From Eledone cirrhosa (lineage: Eukaryota), in contig OZ024747.1 of assembly GCA_964016885.1 (NCBI GenBank), positions 63,550,001-63,614,000 of the forward strand: a DNA stretch of 64,000 nucleotides, read 5' to 3'. Position 1 is the stretch's first letter. The number at the start of each line of letters is the position of its first letter. Both the position numbers and the translations under genes were made by a program. The notes under the pieces are model-generated. The model was not told where the DNA came from. It was given only the letters and a program-made list of their open reading frames with translations, and did no database searches. Shown piece after piece: positions 1 to 12,834 of the stretch.

Positions 1-530
1 GGGGCTTTAGGTCAGGCTGTGGGACTGTAGAGATCATCTTCAGTTTGTGACAGGTACAGAAAAAGGCTCGTGAGCATGACAAAGACTTGGATGTAGTCTT
101 TGTTGATCTCATAAAAGCCTTTGAAACCATATCATGTGAGGCATTATGGAAGGTTCTGAAAAAGTTAGGTGTTTCTGTGCAAATGGTCAAAGTCTTTATA
201 TCCTTACATAAAGACATGAACGCCTTTGTATACTCTAATGGTGAACATTCATAGTCATTTGATGTGAAAAATGGTACAAAACAAGGACATGTATTGGCCC
301 TAGTGCCCTTGCCTTATTCTTCTCAATAATGCTTCAATATGGTTTCTCAGTCATTATTGAAGGTGTTATATTGGAATACCAAACTATAGGAGGCATCTTC
401 ATTCAACAAAACTTCAAACCAAGAACTATAGAATAACATATCAAACGTTTTGCAATTTGCTCTTTGCATTTGACTGTGCATTACTTGTACACTCTTTATA
501 AGACTTGTAATTCATTGTTGTTAAGTTTGC
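1..530 (+). pseudogene. Degenerate RTE-clade LINE reverse transcriptase fragment
   Basis: Frame from nt 3 reads GFRSGCGTVEIIFSL*QVQKKAREHDKDLDVVFVDLIKAFETISCEALWKVLKKLG...GTKQGHVLA, followed by an LFAFDCAL (YADD-equivalent) relic. These are non-LTR RT motifs with stops and frameshifts. Confidence 0.85.
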
Positions 531-553
531 TCCACCAACCTACCCACCATATA

Positions 554-606
<53 letters not shown>

Positions 607-1089
607 ACATGTATGTGTATATATATAATCTCAATAAATATCATGGCATTCCTGATAGTTTTAACATTTTCAAACATATCATAAATACATTCTTACAAGC
701 TAGTTCTCTAAAATTAATTTATATCCAGAAATGTATAATACACAATCTTTTACATGCTATCTCTAAGTTAATAAATATAAATTGTATAGATTTGAATTTC
801 ATTAAGTATCTCTCATATAAGTTTTATTATTGCTAACTTGATAACGATTCAAATGAATCTTCAGGCATTTTCGAGAAAAGTTTCACGAAAGTCATTGAAT
901 AAACTGGCTGCCAAATTAAGTCTTATAAGTCTGAGATTTTATAACCCAGTTTGATGTTTATAGCATGCAATGTGCTGCAATTAATGCATTGCACTGTCTA
1001 GATTGCAAATATTTTACAGTTGCAGTTAATTCCCGAATGGAAGTTCATTGCAGAGAAATTCTAACTTTTTACACTCTTCCAACAGATGT

Positions 1090-1365
1090 CCTCTTCATCC
1101 AAATTAAAGAGAAAAATGTCTCTCTCTTTCTCTCTCTATCTCTCCTCCTCTCTTTCTCCATCCTCCATCTCTCTCTTTACCTCACATCTCTGTATCTCAT
1201 TCTCTCTCTCTCTATATATATATCACTCTTTGTCTATCTATGTATCTATCCCACTCTCCTCTTTCTCTCTCTCTTCCAATCTATATCCCTCACTTCTCTC
1301 CTCTCTCTCTCTCTCTCTTACAATCTATATCCCTCTCTTCTCTCTTTTCTACTCTCTCTCTCTTT
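1090..1365. repeat. Degenerate (CT)n microsatellite
   Basis: Interrupted ctctct runs that explain the Leu/Ser-rich ORFs 965-1405 and 1086-1448. Confidence 0.9.
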
Positions 1366-1704
1366 ATACCAATATTATTGCTCTAAATGGGAAACTAAAA
1401 TCTAATGAGACAAACATAAATATTCAATTTTATTATTATCCAACTTGAAATTTCATTATCTCAGTTTTACAGAATTCTAGAATTATTTATTTCAGTGCAT
1501 ACAACCTAGTTGAGGATTCCATATTGTCACTCTTTTGCTTCTAACTTTATATAAACACATCTTTCACACTTTATTAACAGATTTTTAAACACTTAAATTT
1601 ACAATCTGAAATGTGAGTGTCCTAACAGAAATGACCAAAATAGTAGTTGATCAATAATGATAATACTTGTCACTGTTTTGCTTCTGAATTTCTATAAACA
1701 CTGG

Positions 1705-1940
1705 GATTTGCTCTGTGATCTTGAGCAAGACACTTTACTGCATGTTGCTCTAGTTTACTCAGCTGTAGAGATGAGTTGCAACGTCACTGGTGCCAAGCTA
1801 TATAGGTCATTGCCTTTCCCTTGGACATCGGTGGCATGGTATGCTTGGGTGACAACCTTGCCCAGGCATGTGCCTCGTAGGGGAACTTTCTAGGTGCAAA
1901 TCCCATGGTCATTCATAACCGAAGGGGTTCTTTACCCTTT
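1705..1940 (+). mobile_element. 5'-truncated SINE inside a local tandem duplication
   Basis: Contains the cttgagcaagacacttta core shared with other SINEs here, and a related tail occurs at about 58390-58545. The flank taaacacttaaatttacaat...gtagttgatca occurs both before (about 1586-1655) and after (about 1940-2007). Confidence 0.65.
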
Positions 1941-2303
1941 AAACACTTAAATTTACAATTTGAAATGTGAGTGTCCTAACACAAATGACCATATTAGTAG
2001 TTGATCACTATCAATAATAGTTGAAGAAAATTGAGTGAAGTATTCCAGGAGAGAGGAAAAAGTGGACACTGGTACTGCGATGAATTAAACCATGCAAGTT
2101 CTGCTGCTGACATTTTTCTGTCTCCTGGGGGTACTTTACTTGATTTTCTCGATTGTTATTTATAGTAATGGACTACTATTATGGTCATTTTCTTTAGGAC
2201 ACACAAATTTCAATTTTAAAACTGCTCCAATGCTTCCTAAGTCAACCAATTTGTTTATTTTTATTTACATCTTTTATATTTACCAGCTGTGTACATGTGT
2301 ATG

Positions 2304-2602
2304 CAGGGCTGGATTTAACGGGGAGCAATGGGGGCAATTACCCTAGACCCCCTGCAGTGGAGAGACCCACCAGTGACAGCAGTAGCAATATATTTGTGTC
2401 CTCAGCTGGGTTTTTTAGTTTTAGGGTGATTCAATTTTCTTAATTTAATACCTGCATGTATAACTTTTCAATTCCAATTACTTGCACCAAGCTAACTTTG
2501 ATATGTAAAATTGGGGGTTTGCTGTGTATTCTAATTTTTTGTGTAAGAAGGACCCCCCAAACCTGAAGTGCACAGGTCCCCCAAGGTATAAATGCAACCC
2601 AG
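2304..2602. mobile_element. hAT-like MITE
   Basis: Imperfect TIRs cagggctggattta / taaatgcaacccag and an 8-bp TSD with one mismatch (tgtgtatg / tgtgtgtg). The internal sequence is homologous to 55857-56105. Confidence 0.7.
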
Positions 2603-3450
2603 TGTGTGTGTATATAGATAAATGCAGTTAAGACATGTGGCTTAGTGTTTAGAATGTTCAGCTCACACTGAATAATGATTTGTCCCTGGGATTCCAAAAG
2701 CCTGCCTTGTCACATGCTGTCTCATGTTGAATCTCCCCGAGAATAATTGTTTCTGATTGAGGTACAAAGCCAACAATTTTGGAGTGAGGGGAAAGTCTAT
2801 TAAATTAACCCCAGTGCATTACTGGTACTTTATTTTATCAACCTTGTATGGATGAAATGTAAAGCTAACCTTAGTGAAATGTGAACTTAGAACGTAAAGG
2901 GCCACAACTCTATGCTGTAAAGCATATTGGGCGACGCTCTACCAATTCTGCCATTGCTAAGAATAATGTTAAGGATACGCATGTCTGTGGATTGTTCAGC
3001 TACTTACACATTAAGGAATCTGATGTTCCGTTAAACACTTATTGTCAAAACTGACAAATGATTTATCAAAGTGTCACCAATATCTTTCAATGTATAGGTA
3101 AAACTAATCACAGGTACGACCAAACAGATCAAGATGTATGATAGTTAATGAAGACTAATTTATCCAATGTTACCATTAATTTAACACCACAACTTGTTAG
3201 TAATATTACTGTACTGATTTGTATCTATTTGATATCTTAACTCACTTGTAAATTAGTTGGTAATTTGACAGTCTATAATGTTATAAATATCACTGATTGG
3301 ATGTAATGTGATTAGGATTAATTAACCCTTTTGATTCCAAAACAACCATTGGTTCGACTATATAGAATCAATTTTAAAGTGTTTATGGTTAAAACCTACC
3401 ATCATAATTTTATATAAGAACATTTAATATGTTGTCTCTCAAACACCAGC

Positions 3451-3671
3451 TTAACCCTTTAGCATTTACATTACTCTATATTTATTATTGTATTTTTGAA
3501 GTAAAGGCTTTACCTCACATAATTATCTTACATAATATCGAATAATGAGATTTTGATATTATTTATTTTGAGACTAACAACTTAACGTTGGTATGAGTGG
3601 TCAGTTATGGCCAGTTTGAACAGAAAGAAGTGAGAGAATTTCTGGCTGGTTATGGCCAGTTTAAATGCTAA
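3451..3671. mobile_element. TTAA-flanked (piggyBac-like) MITE, decayed right end
   Basis: Starts ttaaccctttagcattt and ends ...tttaaatgctaa. Homologous to 4947-5365 and 40464-40665. Confidence 0.65.
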
Positions 3672-4459
3672 TTCTCTACAGATTTATTTATTTTCATAAC
3701 CGTAGGCTGTCTTTAACTATAAATATGATAATGAAATGGTTGACAATCATACATAAGGAAAACGTAGTTGGGCTGCTGACAGCAAAGTTCTTGTCATCGC
3801 TAGTGGCTTGCCTTATTGAGGTGTCAGGTAATGTCCGTTATGGTGCCTGGTTGTTTCAGTGCCTTAGCATTACCCGTGTTAATGCTGCAATCATATTGGC
3901 TTGCCTCAAAATATTCCATTGTGATGCGTGGCCAATTGTCACACTTGGTGGCAAACTGATGGCCATCTTTGTTTTTGTTTTACACTTTTTTTCTTTCTCT
4001 CACTCTGGTTGTATATTCTGGTGTGTTATATTTGTGAGGTTCCTAGCAAAAGTTAATTGTATTTGTTACATGTGTTTATATTTTCATTTTAAAAGAATTG
4101 TGAGCAATTTGTAATGTTATTTACATATATATTCAAAACTTAATAAAATTAAGTCTTTAGAAAAAACAGTTTCCCTTTCTTGAGAAATTTTATATATATA
4201 TTTTTTGTTTTCATGTAATAGATTTTATTCAAATTAAATGAATGTCATTCCTAAAAAGATTCTTATAGACTTTATATATGGTTGGGGTTGGTGTTGCACC
4301 ATAATCGTTTAAGTGTTTAAAGCTTAAAAGGATTTAATCCAGTCCTGCCTGAATAGATTCAGGAAAGTACTGTCACTTTAACGTCTTCGTTGGGACTTGA
4401 CAGGCTGCAAATGATTCAGTAATTATATTTACTGTGAAAACCATCAATAATAATAATAA

Positions 4460-4795
4460 TAATGATTTCTACTATAGGCACAAGACCAAACATGTTTGGG
4501 GAGGGCAAAGTCGATTAAATTCACCCCAGTTTGTTACTGGTACTTTATTTTATTGACCCTGTAAGGAGGAAAAGCAAAGCTAACCTCGGTGGGATTTGAA
4601 CTCAGAACATACAGGGACATAACTCTATGCTGCAACGCATGTTGTCCAACGCTCTACTTGTTCTACTAATCCACCACCCTGAAAATAATGGTTTCTGATT
4701 CAGGCACAAGGCCAACAATTTTGGTATTTCATTTTATTGACCCCATAAAGATGAAAGGCAAAGCTAACCTCGGCAGGATTTGAACTCTAAATGTA
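4460..4795 (-). mobile_element. Two adjacent copies of SINE family A
   Basis: Reverse complement of the ggtggattggcag...gagttcaaatccc...gcctttcatccttac...gataaaataaagtaccag consensus. Confidence 0.8.
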
Positions 4796-4946
4796 ATAAT
4801 AATAGTAATGATTTACTTTATTGGACACAAGAACCCAAGATATTGAGGACAATACAAAGACAAAAACAACTGATATCGGCAAGGTTGGATTTAGACCTTG
4901 AGGGGCCCTGGGCACTTCAGGTTTGAAGGAGTGGTGGAAAGTGTGC

Positions 4947-5365
4947 TTTAACCCTTTAGCATTTACATTACTCTATATTTACTACTGTATTTTTGTGGTA
5001 AAGGTTTATACCTCACATAATATCGAATCTATGAGATTTTGATATTATTTATTTTGAGAGCGTGGTTTGGCAGTATCGGTAGAGGGTCAGACAACATGCT
5101 TCGCGGCACAGAGTTATGCTCCTTTCTGATCTGAGTTCAAATCCCGCCAAGGTTAACTTTACCTTTCATCCTTACAGGGTCGATAAAATAAAGTACCAGT
5201 AATGCAGTGGAATAATTGCTGGCTTTGTGCCAAAAGTAGAAACAATTATTTATTTTGAGAGCAATACCTTAACATAAGTATGAGTGGTTGGTTACAGCCG
5301 GTTTGAGCAGAAAGAGGTAAGAGAATTCTGGCCAGGTACGGCCGGTTTAAATACTTAAGGATTAA
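4947..5365. mobile_element. TTAA-flanked MITE interrupted by a SINE
   Basis: Termini ttaaccctttagcattt ... aaatacttaaggattaa. A SINE family A copy is inserted at 5062-5244. Confidence 0.75.
5062..5244 (+). mobile_element. SINE family A (tRNA-derived head) with 18-bp TSD
   Basis: A-box-like tggcagtatcgg and B-box gagttcaaatcc. The TSD attatttattttgagagc lies at 5044-5061 and 5245-5262. Confidence 0.85.
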
Positions 5366-5712
5366 GGAAATTCCAGTGAAAACCTCACACAAAACTACAG
5401 ATTACTCTGTCGAGTCGCACGCATTGAAAGTGTTCTCTCCTAGTTTCTTTCCTTCTGCTTACAGTCGGCCCAGTCAGCCACATCAATCTCACCAAATACA
5501 CACTATACTTCTCTCTGTCTAGAGCATCTCCTTTGTAGCAGTTCACGATGCTGCTGCCATGCCAGTCATTGGGTATGACACCATTTTGTGTGCGTGTATG
5601 TATATATATATAATATATATTCATATATATATATATACACATATATTTACATATACACACACACATATATACATACACACACACATATATATATATACAT
5701 ACACACACACAG

Positions 5713-5743
<31 letters not shown>

Positions 5744-5831
5744 CACACAAACACACATTGTATATATATATATATATATATATATGGAATACTGTTGGCT
5801 TCTTGCTACAATAATTTATATATATATATAT

Positions 5832-7051
5832 ATCATCATCATCATCATCATCATCACCGTTTTATGTCCGTTCTTCCATGCTAGCCTGGGTTAGACGGGT
5901 TGTCCTGTTGTGGGCAGTGTCTGAGCTGATTTGGCTTGATTTCTACAGCTGGATGCCCTTCCTAACACCAACCTCATTTACAGTGAGTGCTGGGTGCTTT
6001 TTCGTGGCGCCTACACATCCACTTTACAGTGTGGGTTGGGCGCTTTTTTGCCGTGGCACCTCCACGACCACCTTGCAGTGGGGGGTGTGGGGGCATATTG
6101 TCTATATGCTTCAGCTTGTACCCATGGGCGGTCGGGTACTCTGTATTACTGCGTGACACCAGAGGTCACGGTCGTGTGTCATCGCCTTTGAGAGGTGTAA
6201 TTGGGTAAGGTCGGCTTTTATCACCTCATCCTAGGTCATCTTGGGTCTCCCCACTCCGCGGTTTCCATCGACTTCTAGTGCTCTGCACCTTTTTATGCAG
6301 CTGTCATCCTTCATACGCATCACATGTCCATACCAACGCAACCGCCTCTCCTGCACACAGCATTTGAGTCCTCTTATGCTCAGCCTCACTCTCAATTCAT
6401 TTATGCTTTGTCGTTCGCGTATATTACTGTTACACATCCATCGGAGCATGCAGACTTCCTTTCTCTCTAATCTACGTAAGTCTTCCACCTTCAGCGCCCA
6501 GGTCTTACTACCATACAACATCGCTGTTCGGATACACGCATCATACAGTCTGCCTTTCATTTTGAGGGAGAAGCCTTTTGCAGCTAGCAGTGGTAGTAGT
6601 TCCCTAAACTTCTTCCATCCCGTTCTTACCCTAGTTATTGTACTTTCTGAACATCCACCTCCGCTGCTAATTCGGTCACCTAGGTAGCAGAAGCTGTCTA
6701 CTGTTTCTACAGAGCCCTCCCAGAGATTGGTGGTACTTGTTTCCTGTGGCTGTTTGCTGCTAGCTCTCTCAGCACAGCTGCTGCATGTGAAGCCTACATT
6801 CTTAATTAAGCTTCCTGAGATCCCGCTACATCTCTTGTGTACCAATTGTTTGCATTTTGGGCAGAGAATGGAGTTCCTACCTACACCTTTCCTACATACT
6901 GAGCAAGGCCATTTCCCTGAGGGGATCTGGGTTCTGTTTTCTCGTCTACTTACAAGGACCTTAGTCTTTGTCATGTTGACTTTGAGACCCTTTCTTTCTA
7001 GTCCCTGCTTCCAAGTTTGGAATTTCTTCTCTAGTTCTACCATAGATTCAG

Positions 7052-7052
<1 letters not shown>
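5832..7052 (-). mobile_element. 5'-truncated RTE LINE (C-terminal RT/thumb, 3' UTR, (GAT)n tail)
   Basis: ORF 6231-7193(-) [16 protein letters not shown]...LRWYGHVMRM is nearly identical to the element at 35790-39590, with the same 3' UTR and tail. Confidence 0.95.
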
Positions 7053-7114
<62 letters not shown>

Positions 7115-7139
7115 CACATACACACACACATATATATAT

Positions 7140-7180
<41 letters not shown>

Positions 7181-7320
7181 CACACACACACACATTGTAT
7201 ATATATATATATATATGGAATACTGTTGGCTTCTTGCTACAATAATTTCATTTATATATATATATATATACATACATATATACACACACACATATATATA
7301 TATATACACACAGACACAAA

Positions 7321-7352
<32 letters not shown>

Positions 7353-7569
7353 TATCACTAAGTTGTTTTTTTTTTACCTTTCTGAACAGATTACATATGA
7401 TTAATCAATCCGAGATATGGTGTTCTTTGGTAATTCTTCATAAATCAATTCTGCTGCTTCTTTCATTTCTGTGTCCTCAAATAACATTCTTTTCCAATGT
7501 TTCATCACTGTTTCACACTTCACAGCTGTGACATTATTTATAGAAATATATCTGTGCATATTTTTGGTG

Positions 7570-8125
7570 CCTGTGTGTGTGTATATTTGTGTGTTTATGG
7601 TGTGTGTGTGTATGCATGTGTGTAAGTGTGTGTGTATGTGCTTGTGGTGTGTGTGTGTGTGTTTGTGTGTGTATGTGCTTGTGGTGTGTGCATGTATGTG
7701 TGTAGTGTGTGTGTGTATGTGGGTGTGGTGTGTGTGTGTGTGTTTGTGTGTGTATGTGCTTGTGGTGTGTGCATGTATGTGTGTAGTGTGTGTGTGTATG
7801 TGCTTGTGGTGTGTGTGTGTGTTTGTGTGTGTATGTGCTTGTGGTGTGTGCATGTATGTGTGTGGTGTGTGTGTGTATGTGCGTGTGGTTTGTGTGTGTA
7901 TGTGCTTGTGGTGTGTGCATGTATGTGTGTAGTGTGTATGTGTGTGTATGTGCTTGTGTGTGTGTTTATGGTGTGTGTGTGTTAGTGCTTGTGGTGTGTG
8001 CATGCATGCATGGGTGTGTGTGCCTGTTTGTGTGCATGTGTGCGTATATATATGTGTGTGTGTATGTGCATGTGTGTGTATATATATATGTGTGTGTGTG
8101 TGTGTGTAGTGTATGTATGTATGTT
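7570..8125. repeat. Compound GT-rich minisatellite (gtgtgtatgtgcttgtggtgtgtgcat units)
   Basis: Directly visible higher-order repeat and the source of the His/Thr and Val/Cys ORFs. Confidence 0.9.
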
Positions 8126-8224
8126 TTCTAGTTATCAGTTGTCTAATTCTGATATTGATGCTGTAGCTGTTGCAGGTGTACAATACAGAACTAAATATAT
8201 AGAAATATACTTGTATGTCTCTAT

Positions 8225-8558
8225 CTCTGTTAGGAAGGCACTCCATTGCTTACAACCATGAGTGTTCCAGCTGATCTGATCAATAGAACAGCCTGCTCAT
8301 GAAATTAACGTGCAAGTGGCTGAGCATTCCACAAACACGTGTACCGTTAATGTAGTTTTCAGGGAGATTTGGTGTGACACAGAATGTGACAAGGCTGGGC
8401 ATTCGAATTACAAGTATAACACATTTTTGTTAGCTTAGTTGACTGGAGCAATGTGAAATAAAGTGTCTCACTCAAGGACACAGCTCACTGCCGGGAATCC
8501 AATTGACAACATTACAATTATAAGCCCAATTCCCTAACCACGAAGCCACATGCCTTCA
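8225..8558 (-). mobile_element. tRNA-derived SINE (family B head with a different body)
   Basis: Reverse strand reads gaaggcatgtggcttcgtggttaggg...gtgtccttgagtgagacactttatttcacattgctccag. The body domain recurs at 20790-21520 and 59250-59520. Confidence 0.7.
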
Positions 8559-8689
8559 CCTGTCATAATTTATCAATAGATTAATATTGCTGCTTTTGTT
8601 AATGTTGCAAGTGGTTGCACAATTACAGATATACGTGTGTCTTTCATGGGTATTGGTTAACTAATATCACTTTATTATATTCTTTTACT

Positions 8690-8912
8690 CGGTGGTGGAT
8701 TGGCAGTAAAAGGCAGAGCCTCAGAATCCATGCTTTGCAGCACAGATTTATGGCCTTTTATGTTTTGAGTTCAAATCCCGCTGTGGTTAGTTTTGTCTTT
8801 CATTCTTACAGGGTTGATAAAATAAAGTACCAGTAATGCATTGGTGTCGATTTAGTCGACTTTCCATTCCCCCTTCAAATTGCTGGCCTTGTGCCTAAGG
8901 TAGAAACAATTA
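8690..8912 (+). mobile_element. SINE family A copy
   Basis: Matches the family A consensus from head to the agaaacaatta tail. Confidence 0.8.
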
Positions 8913-9283
8913 TATACTCTTCTATTGCTATCAGTTACTGTAGTAATACTAAGTTAGCTGACCATATCATTTGCAAAGAATAACAAATTCTAGTTTGATA
9001 GTTTCTTCTCTCACACATCTCACCTTTGAGATTTCTTTCCAGCTTCTTGCTTTCCTGACCACTACAATTTGCAAAAGTTCAAAGGCAACATCAGTCATCA
9101 TCTTCCCTCTCCTTAAATCATGTTCTCTCTGTTTTGTTGTTTCCCTTTTTCACTATTCCCTTTCATTTTAATGATTTTATTGCCTTGCTTGTGGTGAGGA
9201 AGAAAAAATGTCTTTCTCCTTTTTGTCATTAGTAAGTTACATTATATAAACACAGGCATGCATATACACACACATACAAGCAT

Positions 9284-9314
<31 letters not shown>

Positions 9315-9315
<1 letters not shown>

Positions 9316-10020
9316 CATCATCATTATCATCATCATCACCGTTTTACATCCATTTTCTCACAATATCATGGGTTAGATGAGTTGTCCTGTTGTAGGCAAT
9401 GCCAGGTCAGGTGACCATGTCTTGCTCATACAGAACTGATTTTGGCTTGGTTTCTACAGCTAAATGCCCTTCCTAATGCCAACCTCATTTACAGTGAGTA
9501 CTGGGTGCTTTTTGTTGTGAAGCCTACACAACCACTTTATAGTCTGGGCTGGGGGGCTTCGCTGGATGTATACTTCAGCCTGCCCTCATGGGGGGGGGGG
9601 TATGGTGGGTTGTTGCATACTGTATATATGCCTCAGCTTCGACCTATGGGATATTGGATCTTCTGTATTACTGCATAACACCAGAGATCTTGGTCCTGTG
9701 TCATCGACTTTGAGAGATACAATTGGGCAAGGTCAACTTTTATCACCTCATCCCAAGGCTTCCATCAACTTTGAGTGCTCTGCACCTTTTTATATAGCTG
9801 TTATCTTTCATACGCAGCACATGTTGATACTAACACAATCTCCTCTCCTGAACACTACATCTGATCCCACTTATGCCTAGTTTCTCACTCAGTTTGTTTA
9901 TGCTTTGCTGTTCAAGTATATTACTATTACACATCCATCGGAACATGCAAGCTTCATTTCTTTCAAATCTATGCAAGTCTTCAGCACACAGCACCCAGGT
10001 CTCACTACCATGCCACATTA
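9315..10020 (-). mobile_element. Older, degenerate RTE LINE 3' fragment
   Basis: ORF 9830-10018(-) HGSETWVLCAEDLHRFERNEACMFRWMC, plus a diverged 3' UTR and (GAT)n tail. Confidence 0.85.
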
Positions 10021-10029
10021 CTATATATA

Positions 10030-10200
10030 TATTTATTAAAATAAGAGATTAAAGTTTAAGCAAAGAATCGTTGCTTTCACCCTTAACGGGATCTTCTAAA
10101 ACTAAAAAAATCAATCTGCTCTAGGGTTCTTATATATTTGAGATATATTTATCGAGCCCTCTTTGGATGTTAGTCTTCAAATTTATTATTATTACTATAT
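10030..10200. repeat. (TA)n-flanked short interspersed element, family also at about 10455-10535 and 48130-48330 (reverse)
   Basis: All three copies share gattaaagtttaagcaaagaat...gctttcaccc...atcttct. The other end tagtcttcaaatttattattattacta is shared with the 48130-48330 copy. Confidence 0.7.
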
Positions 10201-10608
10201 ATATATAGTAATATATACCACTGCAAAAAGGTTGTGGAGGTGCCACAGCAAAAAAGCACCCAGCACTCACTGTAAATGAGGTTGGTGTTAGGAAGGGCAT
10301 TCAGCTGTAGAAATCAAGCCAGAATCAGTTCCTGTCCCACCCTTGCAAGCAGGGAAAAGCGGACGTAAAATGAAATGAAAAATTGAAAAAATGAATATAT
10401 ATACACACACACGCATACACACATATATATACATATACACACATATATATATTATTAGTACGGATTAAAGTTTAAGCAAAGAATTTCTGCTTTCACCCCA
10501 TATAAGATCTTCTGAAACTGAGAAAAATCAATGGGTTTATATATACTTATATATATTTAATTTAGAAAGGCTTCTACAGGACTAGAACTGTTTCCTTCCA
10601 GAGAAATC

Positions 10609-10650
<42 letters not shown>

Positions 10651-10989
10651 GAATCCTTATTGAGCACTTTTCAGATTTTGGTCTTTGTATTTATTATATA
10701 TATATACTCTGTATAAGTGATGAGTTATCTTATGCTGGAGTTTTACCTGTGTGTATACAGGTGAAACCCCAGAGTAACAAGACTCATCACTTAGCCATAA
10801 TAAAAAATATCATTAAACTCTACTTTGGTAATATACATAATCCCTTGAAGGTGGTGCTGAAGCATGGCCACAGTCTAATGAGTGAAACCAGTAAAAGAAT
10901 AAAATAATGTTTTTGTTATTTTTACAGAAATACATTAGAGAAATATGTCTATTTAACTAATGCAAATGTTGTTGTTGTTCATATTTCAG

Positions 10990-11070
10990 GTATACAATAC
11001 ACTTCGTAAGCACAAACACAAACTCCATGTGGACGAATTACGTGAGATCATGGCAAAGCCACATTTCCAG
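10990..11070 (+). CDS. Internal coding exon (81 nt, phase 0-0) encoding part of an L27 domain, probably a MAGUK p55/MPP-subfamily gene
   Basis: Acceptor ...gttcatatttcag| and donor |gtaggt with an open frame VYNTLRKHKHKLHVDELREIMAKPHFQ. The EL..I..KPHFQ motif matches L27 domains such as MPP2/MPP6 ELVGILKEPHFQ (recalled from memory, not searched). Confidence 0.75.
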
Positions 11071-11219
11071 GTAGGTCATGTGATATTTTTATGTCTTATT
11101 TTATTATTTGAAAATAGTTGATAATTCACGCCACCACTACTCAGTTTCCTGCCATGTCTGATTATATCAATATATTTTCTATCACATGTAACTGTGGAAC
11201 CATTACAAATGTTTTATAT

Positions 11220-12223
11220 CTAGCTGGCCCCGTGCCATCAAAAATGATGATTAATTGTAATATCTATACATAATATAAAAAAGAGATGTTTGTTTGTTTG
11301 TTGGTTAGTTAGTTGGTTCCTTCACGCTCACTCACACAAGTGATACAAACATACAAACACACAGCTGTGATGAATCTTAGAATGCTAGACTTCTATAGTT
11401 TCTGCCTCACCTCTTCCTCAGTCATCACATAGATGTGTGTGTATTAGACACCCTTCCTTCCTCAGTCAATATAATCACTCCTTCTTTCCTTAGTCATCAT
11501 AATCATCCCTTCCTTCCTCAGTCATCTCTAGTGTGTGATGGACAAATACACAAGGTTATTATAAAAATATATTCTTACAAAATGAAAATAGACACAAATA
11601 ATCTATAGAATACTTAACAAATATATAAGGTTAAACAAAACAACCATCAGTTCACCACCAAGAGCGACAATCAGCCACACATCAATGGAACACTTTGAGG
11701 CAAGCCAACATGCTTGTCTTATTATAGCTGATAAGATAGTTAATTCAGCTCTGGTGTTTAATAATTTAGACATTACTACTCATCAGTCTAATGGATTAGA
11801 CTGTGATAAAACGTGACTTTAACTCTTTTGTTACCATATTTCTATTGAAAGACACTACATATATATTTCAATAAATTTTGAAAATAACTCAAAATTTGGA
11901 GGAATTTTATAGAACTAGGATGTTTTTCAACACTGTGTATATATGTGTGCATGTGTATGTGCATATGCATACAGTTATATGTATGAATATATAAATATAA
12001 ACGTGCAAACACAGACACACTTACAAAAATACAACACTCACACAGATACACATACATACATTCACACAAACACACACATACACTCACACACAGAATAGCA
12101 AATGGAACCCCAGCCACTGTTTTGCTATAGTTTTTCACCATCTCCTTCCTTCCTTTTACACACACATACATTCACAGACATTGTGTGACAGACAGATGGA
12201 AGTCACTCAAATTTATATATAGA
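11220..12223. mobile_element. Possible nested non-autonomous Helitron-like relics
   Basis: Plus strand A|TCTATACATAATATAAAA...(gttt)n at 11263. Minus strand TCTATATATAAATTTGAG...tctgtctgtc at 12223, with a GC-rich ...cacggggccagCTAG end at 11220. Flanks are not fully canonical. Confidence 0.4.
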
Positions 12224-12834
12224 ATAACTCAATTTTTCATAAGTAAGCTGATATTTAGATCATTACTTAATAAAAGTTTCCAAAACGAAATTATGATGGA
12301 AGGTTTTAATATATGGATAACCTGAACGTGGCAGATTGGCACAGTTTGTAGTCTGTCAGAGAAAATGCAATTGCAATATTTATTCAGTCACTTTACATTT
12401 TGATTTCAAATACATTGAGGCTAACCATGCTTTTCATCCCTTCAGGGTTGATAAAATAAAGTACCAGCCAAGTACTGGGGCTGATATAATCATTTTTGCC
12501 TTCCCTCATAATTTACTGGCCTTGTGTCTAGATTTGTAATCAATATATAGAGACATTCAACACATACACAGGCATATCTCTATTACTTAATAACTTAAGT
12601 ATTTCACATGAAAATATAGAATGAAAACAAAAGAAAATATTAAGTCAACACTGTGCCCATCAGTCACACAGCACAAGGCATGCCAGAGCCTTCCTCTAAT
12701 ACTTTTTGAGGCAAGCCAACACACTGGCAGCATTACCATAGGTGTTAGTGAGGTTAAATTTTCCAAATTCTTTTTTTTTTAAATGTGGATAAACTTTTTA
12801 AAATGAGAAGTTTTGCATCATAAATCTAGGTTTC

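Noticed and set aside
3665-4114. 149-aa hydrophobic ORF or candidate exon at about 3705-3826
   Set aside because: No recognisable domain. Its 3' part is a dispersed repeat with reverse copies at about 11645-11715 and 12705-12740, and the splice phase is incompatible with the 10990 exon.
6241-7245. Long ORFs antisense to the RTE ORF (also 38227-38667 and 48948-49898)
   Set aside because: They are shadow frames of the RT coding sequence with no independent support.
7401-8246. 281-aa His/Thr-rich ORF and the many IYIY, VCVC and LSLS ORFs
   Set aside because: They are translations of TA, CA/GT and CT microsatellites that lack stop codons.
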